DNA of 64,000 bases, from contig CAJFCJ010000039.1 of NCBI GenBank assembly GCA_904063045.1, positions 1 through 64,000 of the forward strand. Direction: 5' to 3'. The notes beneath the pieces are model-generated. The model did no database searches. It saw only the letters and a program-made list of their open reading frames with translations, and was not told the DNA's origin. Shown one piece after another: positions 30,001-42,000 of the stretch. The DNA is from Dimorphilus gyrociliatus. Its lineage: Eukaryota > Animalia > Annelida. Each line of letters opens with the position of its first letter. Within the stretch, counting starts at the first letter, position 1. Position numbers and translations under genes: made by a program.

Positions 30001-33000
30001 TATGTAAAATAAAAAACAAAAAGACAATTTACCTGGTTTAACACAAGCAAGAATTTCCACTTTGGTTGTGACTGGTGTATCTTTGTCAGTTTTGGTGAAG
30101 GTCAATGTTACTTTAGTGCCCTTTGTCAATGCTAGATTATCTGGTATATCATCTGGAGAATATCCATCTTCTGGTTGATCATTTCCATCAGAATCTTTAA
30201 CAGGAACATCATTGCCATCCTTATCTGTGATAGTGATCTTCACTTTGTCAACATTTTCAGGATTTATCAATGTTACTCTATCAATTTCTTCATCATCATT
30301 TTCAGATATTGTTACTGTGACAGTTGGGGTATCGTCATTATCACCACTTGTCCATGGTGTATTAGATTTTGGAATAATATCTGTTGGTGTTCCACTGCTA
30401 GTTTCAATATCATCAGGTTGAATAATGCTCTCTTCATCCATGATTTCTTGACAAAGTGTTGGTGTTGTTGTTGATGGTGTTGAAGTTGTACCACTTGTAG
30501 TTTTGGTTGTTGTACCAGTAGTTGTACCAGTAGTTGTACCAGTAGTAGTACCAGTAGTTGTTCCAGTTGTTGTTCCAGTTGTTGTACCAGTAGTTGTTCC
30601 AGTTGTAGTACCAGTAGTTGTACCAGTGGTTGTTCCAGTTGTTGTTCCTGTTGTTGTTCCTGTAGTAGTACCTGTAGTTGTACCAGTAGTTGTTCCTGTT
30701 GTTGTACCAGTTGTGGTACCTGTTGTTGTTCCAGTAGTTGTACCTGTTGTTGTACCTGTAGTTGTACCAGTAGTAGTACCAGTAGTTGTACCAGTAGTTG
30801 TTCCAGTTGTAGTTCCTGTAGTTGTTCCTGTTGTTGTTGTCTCTGAATAAGGGTAGAAAAAATTGAATATTTGTGCATAAATTTTTTGGTTTTTTTTAGG
30901 TTTAAACAAAATTAATTTACAAACCTTCCTCAGAACAAGCCAATATTGTTACTTGTGTTTTTACTGGTTCATTTGGAATGACCTTTGTGAATGTTAAAGT
31001 GACTGTGGTAGCAAGTGTGAGACTGAATTTTTGTGGTAAATTGTCTGGTGAATAGCCTGTATCTGGTTGTTCAATTCCTTGTGAATCCTTAACAATTACA
31101 TCATTGCCATCCTTATCAGTGAATCTGATTGTAACTTTTTCTACATTGTCTGGTGATTTCAATGTAACTCTATCAATTTCAACATTATCTCCTTCAGATA
31201 CTCTGATTGTGACTGTTGGGTTTTCGTCATTTACACTTTCCCATAATGTTGGAGAAGTTGGGATAATGTCTTGTGGATTTCCGCTTGATACTGTAATATC
31301 ATCAGGTTGAATGACCTTGTCATCATCCATGATTTCTTGACAATAAGTGACTGTTGTTGTTGATGGAGAGGTGGTTGTACCACTTGTTGTTCCAGTTGTT
31401 GTTCCAGTTGTTGTTCCAGTTGTTGTACCAGTGGTTGTTCCAGTGGTTGTTCCTGTTGTTGTTGTTTCTAAAAAGTAAGAATAGAGCACAAGTAGAAAAT
31501 TTTACATTTTAAGAAAAAAATTTATATGCTGATTGATTAATGTAAAAATATATATAAATATATACATATCTATATATGTAAAATAAAAAACAAAAAGACA
31601 ATTTACCTGGTTTAACACAAGCAAGAATTTCCACTTTGGTTGTGACTGGTGTATCTTTGTCAGTTTTGGTGAAGGTCAATGTTACTTTAGTGCCCTTTGT
31701 CAATGCTAGATTATCTGGTATATCATCTGGAGAATATCCATCTTCTGGTTGATCATTTCCATCAGAATCTTTAACAGGAACATCATTGCCATCCTTATCT
31801 GTGATAGTGATCTTCACTTTGTCAACATTTTCAGGATTTATCAATGTTACTCTATCAATTTCTTCATCATCATTTTCAGATATTGTTACTGTGACAGTTG
31901 GGGTATCGTCATTATCACCACTTGTCCATGGTGTATTAGATTTTGGAATAATATCTGTTGGTGTTCCACTGCTAGTTTCAATATCATCAGGTTGAATAAT
32001 GCTCTCTTCATCCATGATTTCTTGACAAAGTGTTGGTGTTGTTGTTGATGGGTGTTGAAGTTGTACCACTTGTAGTTTTGGTTGTTTGTACCAGTAGTTG
32101 TGTACCAGTAGTTAGTACCAGTAGTAGTACCAGTAGTTGCAGTAGTTGTACCAGTAGTTGTACCAGTAGTTGTTCCAGTTGTAGTTCCTGTAGTTGTTCC
32201 TGTTGTTGTTGTCTCTGAATAAGGGTAGAAAAAAATTGAATATTTGTGCATAAATTTTTTGGTTTTTTTTAGGTTTAAACAAAATTAATTTACAAACCTT
32301 CCTCAGAACAAGCCAATATTGTTACTTGTGTTTTTACTGGTTCATTTGGAATGACCTTTGTGAATGTTAAAGTGACTGTGGTAGCAAGTGTGAGACTGAA
32401 TTTTTGTGGTAAATTGTCTGGTGAATAGCCTGTATCTGGTTGTTCAATTCCTTGTGAATCCTTAACAATTACATCATTGCCATCCTTATCAGTGAATCTG
32501 ATTGTAACTTTTTCTACATTGTCTGGTGATTTCAATGTAACTCTATCAATTTCAACATTATCTCCTTCAGATACTCTGATTGTGACTGTTGGGTTTTCGT
32601 CATTTACACTTTCCCATAATGTTGGAGAAGTTGGGATAATGTCTTGTGGATTTCCGCTTGATACTGTAATATCATCAGGTTGAATGACCTTGTCATCATC
32701 CATGATTTCTTGACAATAAGTGACTGTTGTTGTTGATGGAGAGGTGGTTGTACCACTTGTTGTTCCAGTTGTTGTTCCAGTTGTTGTTCCAGTTGTTGTT
32801 CCAGTTGTTGTACCAGTGGTTGTTCCAGTGGTTGTTCCTGTTGTTGTTGTTTCTAAAAAGTAAGAATAGAGCACAAGTAGAAAATTTTACATTTTAAGAA
32901 AAAAATTTATATGCTGATTGATTAATGTAAAAATATATATAAATATATACATATCTATATATGTAAAATAAAAAACAAAAAGACAATTTACCTGGTTTAA

Positions 33001-36000
33001 CACAAGCAAGAATTTCCACTTTGGTTGTGACTGGTGTATCTTTGTCAGTTTTGGTGAAGGTCAATGTTACTTTAGTGCCCTTTGTCAATGCTAGATTATC
33101 TGGTATATCATCTGGAGAATATCCATCTTCTGGTTGATCATTTCCATCAGAATCTTTAACAGGAACATCATTGCCATCCTTATCTGTGATAGTGATCTTC
33201 ACTTTGTCAACATTTTCAGGATTTATCAATGTTACTCTATCAATTTCTTCATCATCATTTTCAGATATTGTTACTGTGACAGTTGGGGTATCGTCATTAT
33301 CACCACTTGTCCATGGTGTATTAGATTTTGGAATAATATCTGTTGGTGTTCCACTGCTAGTTTCAATATCATCAGGTTGAATAATGCTCTCTTCATCCAT
33401 GATTTCTTGACAAAGTGTTGGTGTTGTTGTTGATGGTGTTGAAGTTGTACCACTTGTAGTTTTGGTTGTTGTACCAGTAGTTGTACCAGTAGTTGTACCA
33501 GTAGTAGTACCAGTATGTTGTTCCAGTTGTTGTACCAGTAGTTGTTCCAGTTGTAGTACCAGTAGTTGTACCAGTGGTTGTTCCAGTTGTTGTTCCTGTT
33601 GTTGTTCCTGTAGTAGTACCTGTAGTTGTACAGTAGTTGTTCCTGTTGTTGTACCAGTTGTGGTACTGTTGTTGTTCCAGTAGTTGTACCTGTTGTTGTA
33701 CCTGTAGTTGTACCAGTAGTAGTACAGTAGTTGTACCAGTAGTTGTTCCAGTTGTAGTTCCTGTAGTTGTTCCTGTTGTTGTTGTCTCTGAATAAGGGTA
33801 GAAAAAATTGAATATTTGTGCATAAATTTTTTGGTTTTTTTTAGGTTTAAACAAAATTAATTTACAAACCTTCCTCAGAACAAGCCAATATTGTTACTTG
33901 TGTTTTTACTGGTTCATTTGGAATGACCTTTGTGAATGTTAAAGTGACTGTGGTAGCAAGTGTGAGACTGAATTTTTGTGGTAAATTGTCTGGTGAATAG
34001 CCTGTATCTGGTTGTTCAATTCCTTGTGAATCCTTAACAATTACATCATTGCCATCCTTATCAGTGAATCTGATTGTAACTTTTTCTACATTGTCTGGTG
34101 ATTTCAATGTAACTCTATCAATTTCAACATTATCTCCTTCAGATACTCTGATTGTGACTGTTGGGTTTTCGTCATTTACACTTTCCCATAATGTTGGAGA
34201 AGTTGGGATAATGTCTTGTGGATTTCCGCTTGATACTGTAATATCATCAGGTTGAATGACCTTGTCATCATCCATGATTTCTTGACAATAAGTGACTGTT
34301 GTTGTTGATGGAGAGGTGGTTGTACCACTTGTTGTTCCAGTTGTTGTTCCAGTTGTTGTTCCAGTTGTTGTACCAGTGGTTGTTCCAGTGGTTGTTCCTG
34401 TTGTTGTTGTTTCTAAAAAGTAAGAATAGAGCACAAGTAGAAAATTTTACATTTTAAGAAAAAATTTATATGCTGATTGATTAATGTAAAAATATATATA
34501 AATATATACATATCTATATATGTAAAATAAAAAACAAAAAGACAATTTACCTGGTTTAACACAAGCAAGAATTTCCACTTTGGTTGTGACTGGTGTATCT
34601 TTGTCAGTTTTGGTGAAGGTCAATGTTACTTTAGTGCCCTTTGTCAATGCTAGATTATCTGGTATATCATCTGGAGAATATCCATCTTCTGGTTGATCAT
34701 TTCCATCAGAATCTTTAACAGGAACATCATTGCCATCCTTATCTGTGATAGTGATCTTCACTTTGTCAACATTTTCAGGATTTATCAATGTTACTCTATC
34801 AATTTCTTCATCATCATTTTCAGATATTGTTACTGTGACAGTTGGGGTATCGTCATTATCACCACTTGTCCATGGTGTATTAGATTTTGGAATAATATCT
34901 GTTGGTGTTCCACTGCTAGTTTCAATATCATCAGGTTGAATAATGCTCTCTTCATCCATGATTTCTTGACAAAGTGTTGGTGTTGTTGTTGATGGTGTTG
35001 AAGTTGTACCACTTGTAGTTTTGGTTGTTGTACCAGTAGTTGTACCAGTAGTAGTACCAGTAGTAGTACCAGTAGTTGTTCCAGTAGTTGTACCAGTAGT
35101 TGTTCCAGTTGTAGTTCCTGTAGTTGTTCCTGTTGTTGTTGTCTCTGAATAAGGGTAGAAAAAAATTGAATATTTGTGCATAAATTTTTTGGTTTTTTTT
35201 AGGTTTAAACAAAATTAATTTACAAACCTTCCTCAGAACAAGCCAATATTGTTACTTGTGTTTTTACTGGTTCATTTGGAATGACCTTTGTGAATGTTAA
35301 AGTGACTGTGGTAGCAAGTGTGAGACTGAATTTTTGTGGTAAATTGTCTGGTGAATAGCCTGTATCTGGTTGTTCAATTCCTTGTGAATCCTTAACAATT
35401 ACATCATTGCCATCCTTATCAGTGAATCTGATTGTAACTTTTTCTACATTGTCTGGTGATTTCAATGTAACTCTATCAATTTCAACATTATCTCCTTCAG
35501 ATACTCTGATTGTGACTGTTGGGTTTTCGTCATTTACACTTTCCCATAATGTTGGAGAAGTTGGGATAATGTCTTGTGGATTTCCGCTTGATACTGTAAT
35601 ATCATCAGGTTGAATGACCTTGTCATCATCCATGATTTCTTGACAATAAGTGACTGTTGTTGTTGATGGAGAGGTGGTTGTACCACTTGTTGTTCCAGTT
35701 GTTGTTCCAGTTGTTGTTCCAGTTGTTGTTCCAGTTGTTGTACCAGTGGTTGTTCCAGTGGTTGTTCCTGTTGTTGTTGTTTCTAAAAAGTAAGAATAGA
35801 GCACAAGTAGAAAATTTTACATTTTAAGAAAAAAATTTATATGCTGATTGATTAATGTAAAAATATATATAAATATATACATATCTATATATGTAAAATA
35901 AAAAACAAAAAGACAATTTACCTGGTTTAACACAAGCAAGAATTTCCACTTTGGTTGTGACTGGTGTATCTTTGTCAGTTTTGGTGAAGGTCAATGTTAC

Positions 36001-39000
36001 TTTAGTGCCCTTTGTCAATGCTAGATTATCTGGTATATCATCTGGAGAATATCCATCTTCTGGTTGATCATTTCCATCAGAATCTTTAACAGGAACATCA
36101 TTGCCATCCTTATCTGTGATAGTGATCTTCACTTTGTCAACATTTTCAGGATTTATCAATGTTACTCTATCAATTTCTTCATCATCATTTTCAGATATTG
36201 TTACTGTGACAGTTGGGGTATCGTCATTATCACCACTTGTCCATGGTGTATTAGATTTTGGAATAATATCTGTTGGTGTTCCACTGCTAGTTTCAATATC
36301 ATCAGGTTGAATAATGCTCTCTTCATCCATGATTTCTTGACAAAGTGTTGGTGTTGTTGTTGATGGTGTTGAAGTTGTACCACTTGTAGTTTTGGTTGTT
36401 GTACCAGTAGTTGTACCAGTAGTTGTTCCAGTTGTTGTTCCAGTTGTTGTACCAGTAGTTGTTCCAGTTGTAGTACCAGTAGTTGTACCAGTGGTTGTTG
36501 TCTCTAAATAAGTGTAGAAAAAAATTGATTATTTGTGTATGAATTTTTTTTTTTTAGGTTTAAACAAAATTAGTTTTCAAACCTTCTTCAGAACAGGCTA
36601 AAATAGAGAGTTGTGTTTTTACTGGTTCATTTGGAATGACCTTTGTGAATGTTAAAGTTACTGTGGTAGCAAGTGTGAGACTGAATTTTTGTGGTAAATT
36701 GTCTGGTGAATAGCCTGTATCTGGTTGTTCAATTCCTTGTGAATCCCTAACCATGATATCATTGCCATCCTTATCAGTGAATCTGATTTTAACTTTTTCT
36801 ATATTTTCGTGATTTAATAAAGTAACCCTATCAATTTCAACATTATCTCCTTCAGATACTCTGATTGTGACTGTTGGGTTTTCGTCATTTACACTTTCCC
36901 ATAATGTTGGAGAAGTTGGGATAATGTCTTGTGGATTTCCACTTGATACTGTAATATCATCAGGTTGAATGACCTTGTCATCATCCATGATTTCTTGACA
37001 ATATGTGACTGTTGTTGTTGATGGAGAGGTGGTTGTACCACTTGTTGTTCCAGTTGTTGTTCCAGTTGTTGTTCCAGTTGTTGTACCAGTGGTTGTTCCT
37101 GTTGTTGTTGTTTCTAAAAAGTAAGAATAGAGCACAAGTAGAAAATTTTACATTTTAAGAAAAAAATTAATATGCTGATTGATTAATGTAAAAATATATA
37201 TAAATATATACATATCTATATATGTAAAATAATAAACAAAAAGACAATTTACCTGGTTTAACACAAGCAAGAATTTCCACTTTGGTTGTGACTGGTGTAT
37301 CTTTGTCAGTTTTGGTGAAGGTCAATGTTACTTTAGTGCCCTTTGTCAATGCTAGATTATCTGGTATATCATCTGGAGAATATCCATCTTCTGGTTGATC
37401 ATTTCCATCAGAATCTTTAACAGGAACATCATTGCCATCCTTATCTGTGATAGTGATCTTCACTTTGTCAACATTTTCAGGATTTATCAATGTTACTCTA
37501 TCAATTTCTTCATCATCATTTTCAGATATTGTTACTGTGACAGTTGGGATATCGTCATTATCACCACTTGTCCATGGTGTATTAGATTTTGGAATAATAT
37601 CTGTTGGTGTTCCACTGCTAGTTTCAATATCATCAGGTTGAATAATGCTCTCTTCATCCATGATTTCTTGACAAAGTGTTGGTGTTGTTGTTGATGGTGT
37701 TGAAGTTGTACCACTGGTAGTTTTGGTTGTTGTACGAGTAGTTGTACCTGTAGTAGTTTCAGTAGTAGTACCAGTAGTTGTTTCAGTTGTAGTTCCAGTG
37801 GTTGTACCAGAAGTGGTGAATGTTGTTGTTGCAGTTGTTGTTGATGTTGTTGCTATTTTGTGAAGTGTGATAATGAGTTATATATTATGTTAGAGAGAAT
37901 ATTTAATTACTTTTTTGATAGCAGGCATGAACTTTCAAGTTTGATATTTCTTGCTGTCCTCCACCACTTCCTGGAAATCCTGTTTGAACTAACTTGATCT
38001 TCAGTGTTGTAGTGCCTTGAACTTTAGGAATATCTAGTTGTATTGTAGTTGCCACAGGAGTATTTCCATTTGTCAGAATTGTTTTTGCCTGAAAATATTC
38101 TTTTACTGTTGTTCTGTGGTTTTTTTTAGGCCAACAGAAAATGTCCCTTAGTGAGATATTCGAAAACCATTTTTGTGAATGTAAAAGTGCAGGAGGAAGT
38201 AAAGTAGTGTTTGATCGGTAAGCAGGATAGGTTTTTTTAAGGGTGACAGACAATGATGAATGTTAGACATAGATAAGGGCTTTTTGAGGTTTAGGGTAAA
38301 GTCAAGCACTATGGGAAATTTTCTGTGGCTGCCATTTTTACCTGTGTATATTGATTATCAAATTCTAACTCTATTTCAGAAGCATATTTTGTTTCAAGAA
38401 ATATTTCTGCAAATGTTTCAGCAGAGTTAGTGAGTGTTATTGTTATAATTGTGTCCTCTAAATCAGCAGCTTGATATCCAATATCATCAAATAAATGACT
38501 GCTCTCTCTGCCAGGTGTTGAAGGTTTTGTTAAAGAGTAAATCATATCTCCTTCAGTGTAAACATCACGCATATTTTCTTGTGAACATATTTCTGTAGAG
38601 AAAAGGCTTTTTAGTGAACAAGTTGTAAATATAGAAGTTAAAAGCAAAGTCACAACGTGAAGGGCAATATGTAATTTTATAACAGTATTTCATGCGGTGC
38701 AATATTTTAATAAAAATGAATAAATAGAAATATATATTTAAAAATAATATTGACTTGGTGAAGATGTTGTAGTAATCGTAGTTGATGTGGAAGTTGTTGA
38801 GCATCCTTTTTCATCCTCTCCATTTTCGCAATCCATTTCGCCATCACAGATCTTGTCTAGTGGTAAACATTTCTTTTTTATGCCAACAAAGTAGCAGTTT
38901 TCCATTGGTTTCGTCCCTTCTTCACATTCTAAAAGATTTCAATTTTTACACAATAAGTCAATTAGAAAGTTAGAGAATGAGGTATCGAATTAAAATAATA

Positions 39001-39005
39001 AATGA

Positions 39006-39044
<39 letters not shown>

Positions 39045-42000
39045 GTGTTTATGCCTATATACATATATGTATATACGGTTATTTTGTAGCCCCATTCTCA
39101 TCTAATTAACAACAACAGCAAACTGACCACAATCAGTTTCATCATCGCATTCCTCATGGCAATCACAAATGCCATTGCAACGAGTACTTGGTGGTAAACA
39201 TAATTTTGAGACTGCACATTCATAGAAACCGTTTGCACATTGACTTGTAGTGGTACCTGGCGTTGTTGTAGTTGTTGTAGCAGTGGTTGATTGCGTTGTA
39301 GTTGTATGATAACATGCCCTAAGTAACAAATTCTCAAAACTTACAAATCCAGAACCGATTTTTTCCAGCACTTTTATCTCAAAGAATTGAGATTTTACTG
39401 GTGGTTTTATATCCATTATTAATTCTGCTTTATTAGAGCTATCCACTGTCATTGGTATCTATAATGATATTATTAGCTTGAGTGTTTATTTAATAATCCA
39501 TTTATTTTTTACCTCTGGACTAATACCACCAGCTGTAATAAACTGAACTCTTTTTATATTTGCTGTTTTGAATGCAATATGAGTAATTTGGTCGACCTCA
39601 ACATTGAAATCAATTCTCAAGGCAATATTATTTCCAGATATTATGCTGGCTGAATTGCTCTTCTCAAATGCTGATTTGGCATCAACTGAATATGCCTCTG
39701 CTCCAACAGATGTCAAAGTTGCACTTACAAGATTAACATTTTCGTAGTTAAATGCATCGCACAGTTCAGGTTCTATTAAAAAATAATTTTAAGTTAATGA
39801 ATATAAAATGAGTGATATTTTACTTGTTGTTGTTGCTGTTGTTGATCCAGTGCTTGTTGTTGAAGGTTTTCCACAAGCTATAATATCAAAATTTTTAATC
39901 TTGGGTATTCCTGAAGTAGCTTTCAAAATGAGAGTCAATTTTACAGCCTTTAAACCATCTAATGTTAATATTGAAGGGCTCCAAAAGCCTTGTTCACTTG
40001 GTGCTTCAATCTAGAAAATATCAATATTAAAACAAAATATAAAATTTGTAATTTTGATCTAGTCTTTGTAAATACCTCTTGTGGAACATCCATCTCGTCC
40101 TGTCCAGCTAACTTGACTCTATACTGAAGAGTTTTTACATCACCCAGTAGAAGGGAGTAACTTCCAATATAAATACTTCCATCATTGGGCTGAAGTTCAA
40201 AGGACCATTCTGCTACTCCATCGGCCATATCTTCAACTGTGGGTAAAAATACTGCACCTGAACCGGCAAGGGCGTTTATAGATGTAGCAGAATTTGATGT
40301 AGCAGATGTTATAATATTCTCGGTGTTCACATTATATTGTATATCCTCACAAATGCCTATTTAAAATGACATTTTTCTTTATTTTCATGTTTAATATAGA
40401 TTATGTAATTGTAATCGTACTTGATGTTGTGGTAGCTGTTGTGCTTGTTGTTGTTGTTTCTGGTACATGACAAACCTTCCCGAATAGATTAAAGACTTCG
40501 ATAGGTTGACCAGATGTTTTGGCAAATAGCTCTATCTCTATTTTTCCTATAGGTATTCCTGATGGAGAAATATGTAGAATACATTTATCACCATTGTAAC
40601 TTCCAGAAGTATCCAGCTAAAAGAAAAATATTAGAATATGAGATTTTTAAAAACAGCTTATTAACTCACATATTGCTTTTCCATTTCTGTTCCATCTTCT
40701 AATGTCACTTTGAAACTAAATTTGTTGATATTGCGAGCGAAAAATTCAAATTGATACAGGGTATTATCACCATCCATACTTGGTTTCAAAACTAGTTGTA
40801 CAATGTCATTTATTTCCGAATAACTTGTACCAAAGCCCTATTGTTAGAAAATCTTAATAGGTAAAATCTGATAAAAAATTTATCTGTTACCGATAAGGCA
40901 GCTTGTAAAGTGGCATCGTTGTTAGTCGAACTGGACACATCGAGAGAAGTTGGACTGGCCGAGTTGTAATCGTATACAGTTCCATCAACACAGATTTGTG
41001 ATGTGGTTGTTCCTGTTGTAGTACCAGTTGTAGTACCAGTTGTAGTACCAGTTGTAGTACCAGTTGTTGTGCCAGTTGTAGTACCAGTTGTAGTACCAGT
41101 TGTTGTGCCAGTTGTAGTACCAGTTGTAGTACCAGTTGTTGTGCCAGTTGTAGTACCAGTTGTAGTACCAGTAGTAGTTCCAGTTGTTGTTCCGGTGGTT
41201 GTACCAGTTGTTGTTCCAGTGGTTGTTGTTGGTTCTGTGTGACAAACTTTGACTTCAAAATCCTTAACGAGAATAGATGGTGCTCCATCGACTCGAAGCA
41301 TTGTGATTTTTAGGGAGCTTAGAACAAATCCGTCAAGGTTTAATGCAATAGTCAACCAAGCATTTTGGTTACTTGGCACTCCCTATAGAAAAGTTAAGAT
41401 ATTTTAAAGACTAAAAGACAAATGGTATTTAGATAACTGAATAAATACCGTTTTAATTGGAGTGGTAGAATCTCCATTATAAATATTGTATAATTTTACA
41501 TTTGTAATTGTTAATTTAAGTTTAATAATTCTTGTTTCTCCAAGCATATTTGGTGTCAAAACTAATGTTAATGAGTCAGCTTCTTCCTTATAAATGTCTT
41601 CGCTTCCCTATTGGACGGAATGGTATAGTGATGAACAAATGTTTCACTGTTATAAGAATTTAATAAACCTTTAAGGCTTTGTCAGTATCAGCAAATACTG
41701 CATTCTGATTAACCAAATTTAATATATTGGATGTTTCACTATCAAAACTGTATTCAGTGCCTTGTCCTTCCAAACAAACTTGAGCTAAAATAAGTGGAAG
41801 AAATGAGTAATGAACTATGCGAATAGGTGATTTTAATTACGTTGTGTTGTTGTTGTTGTTGGTGGAGTTGTTGTTGTTGCAGTTGTTGCTGGAAAAATTG
41901 TTTAATTAATATTTTAAGATATAATTTATTAATTAATCAATCAAAGTATACTTGTAACTGGTTTGTAACAAATAACTGCACGTAGTTTTCCAATGCTAAT

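Larger units (their letters stand above)
1..37852 (-). repeat. Coding tandem array of a two-exon unit (exon B - 139-nt intron - exon A - 83-nt intron); 26 B and 26 A exons in the window; unit length mostly 1,359-1,587 bp
   Basis: Near-identical ORFs recur at 1,359/1,371/1,575/1,587-bp periods. Splice sites are conserved in every unit (B donor CCAG|GTAAAT, A acceptor TTTTAG|AA, A donor GAAG|GTTTG, B acceptor TTCAG|AG). The array is cut by the left window edge. Confidence 0.95.

Noticed and set aside
1-33830. Frameshifted array copies as pseudo-exons (e.g. 1-1600, 2340, 6680-6900, 8990-9770, 20750-20920, 21970-22230, 23525, 25040-25310, 28958, 32050-32150, 33500-33730)
   Set aside because: Defects are clustered single-base losses or gains in homopolymers and low-complexity 12-mers with almost no substitutions. 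This is typical of poorly polished long-read consensus in a repeat, and a real frameshift mid-gene would truncate everything downstream. Needs accurate reads to exclude fully.
1-37852. CRISPR array, satellite DNA or transposon interpretation of the repeats
   Set aside because: There are no unique spacers and no transposase or terminal repeats. Units have conserved splice sites, 3n exon lengths and are in frame with an upstream multi-exon gene.
38171-38190. 17/20-nt similarity between the 253-nt intron and the TLTFTK-coding part of exon A, plus an in-frame upstream ORF extension (37903-38253)
   Set aside because: The similarity does not extend on either side. The spliced form with the acceptor at 38088 already yields a complete two-Cys domain.
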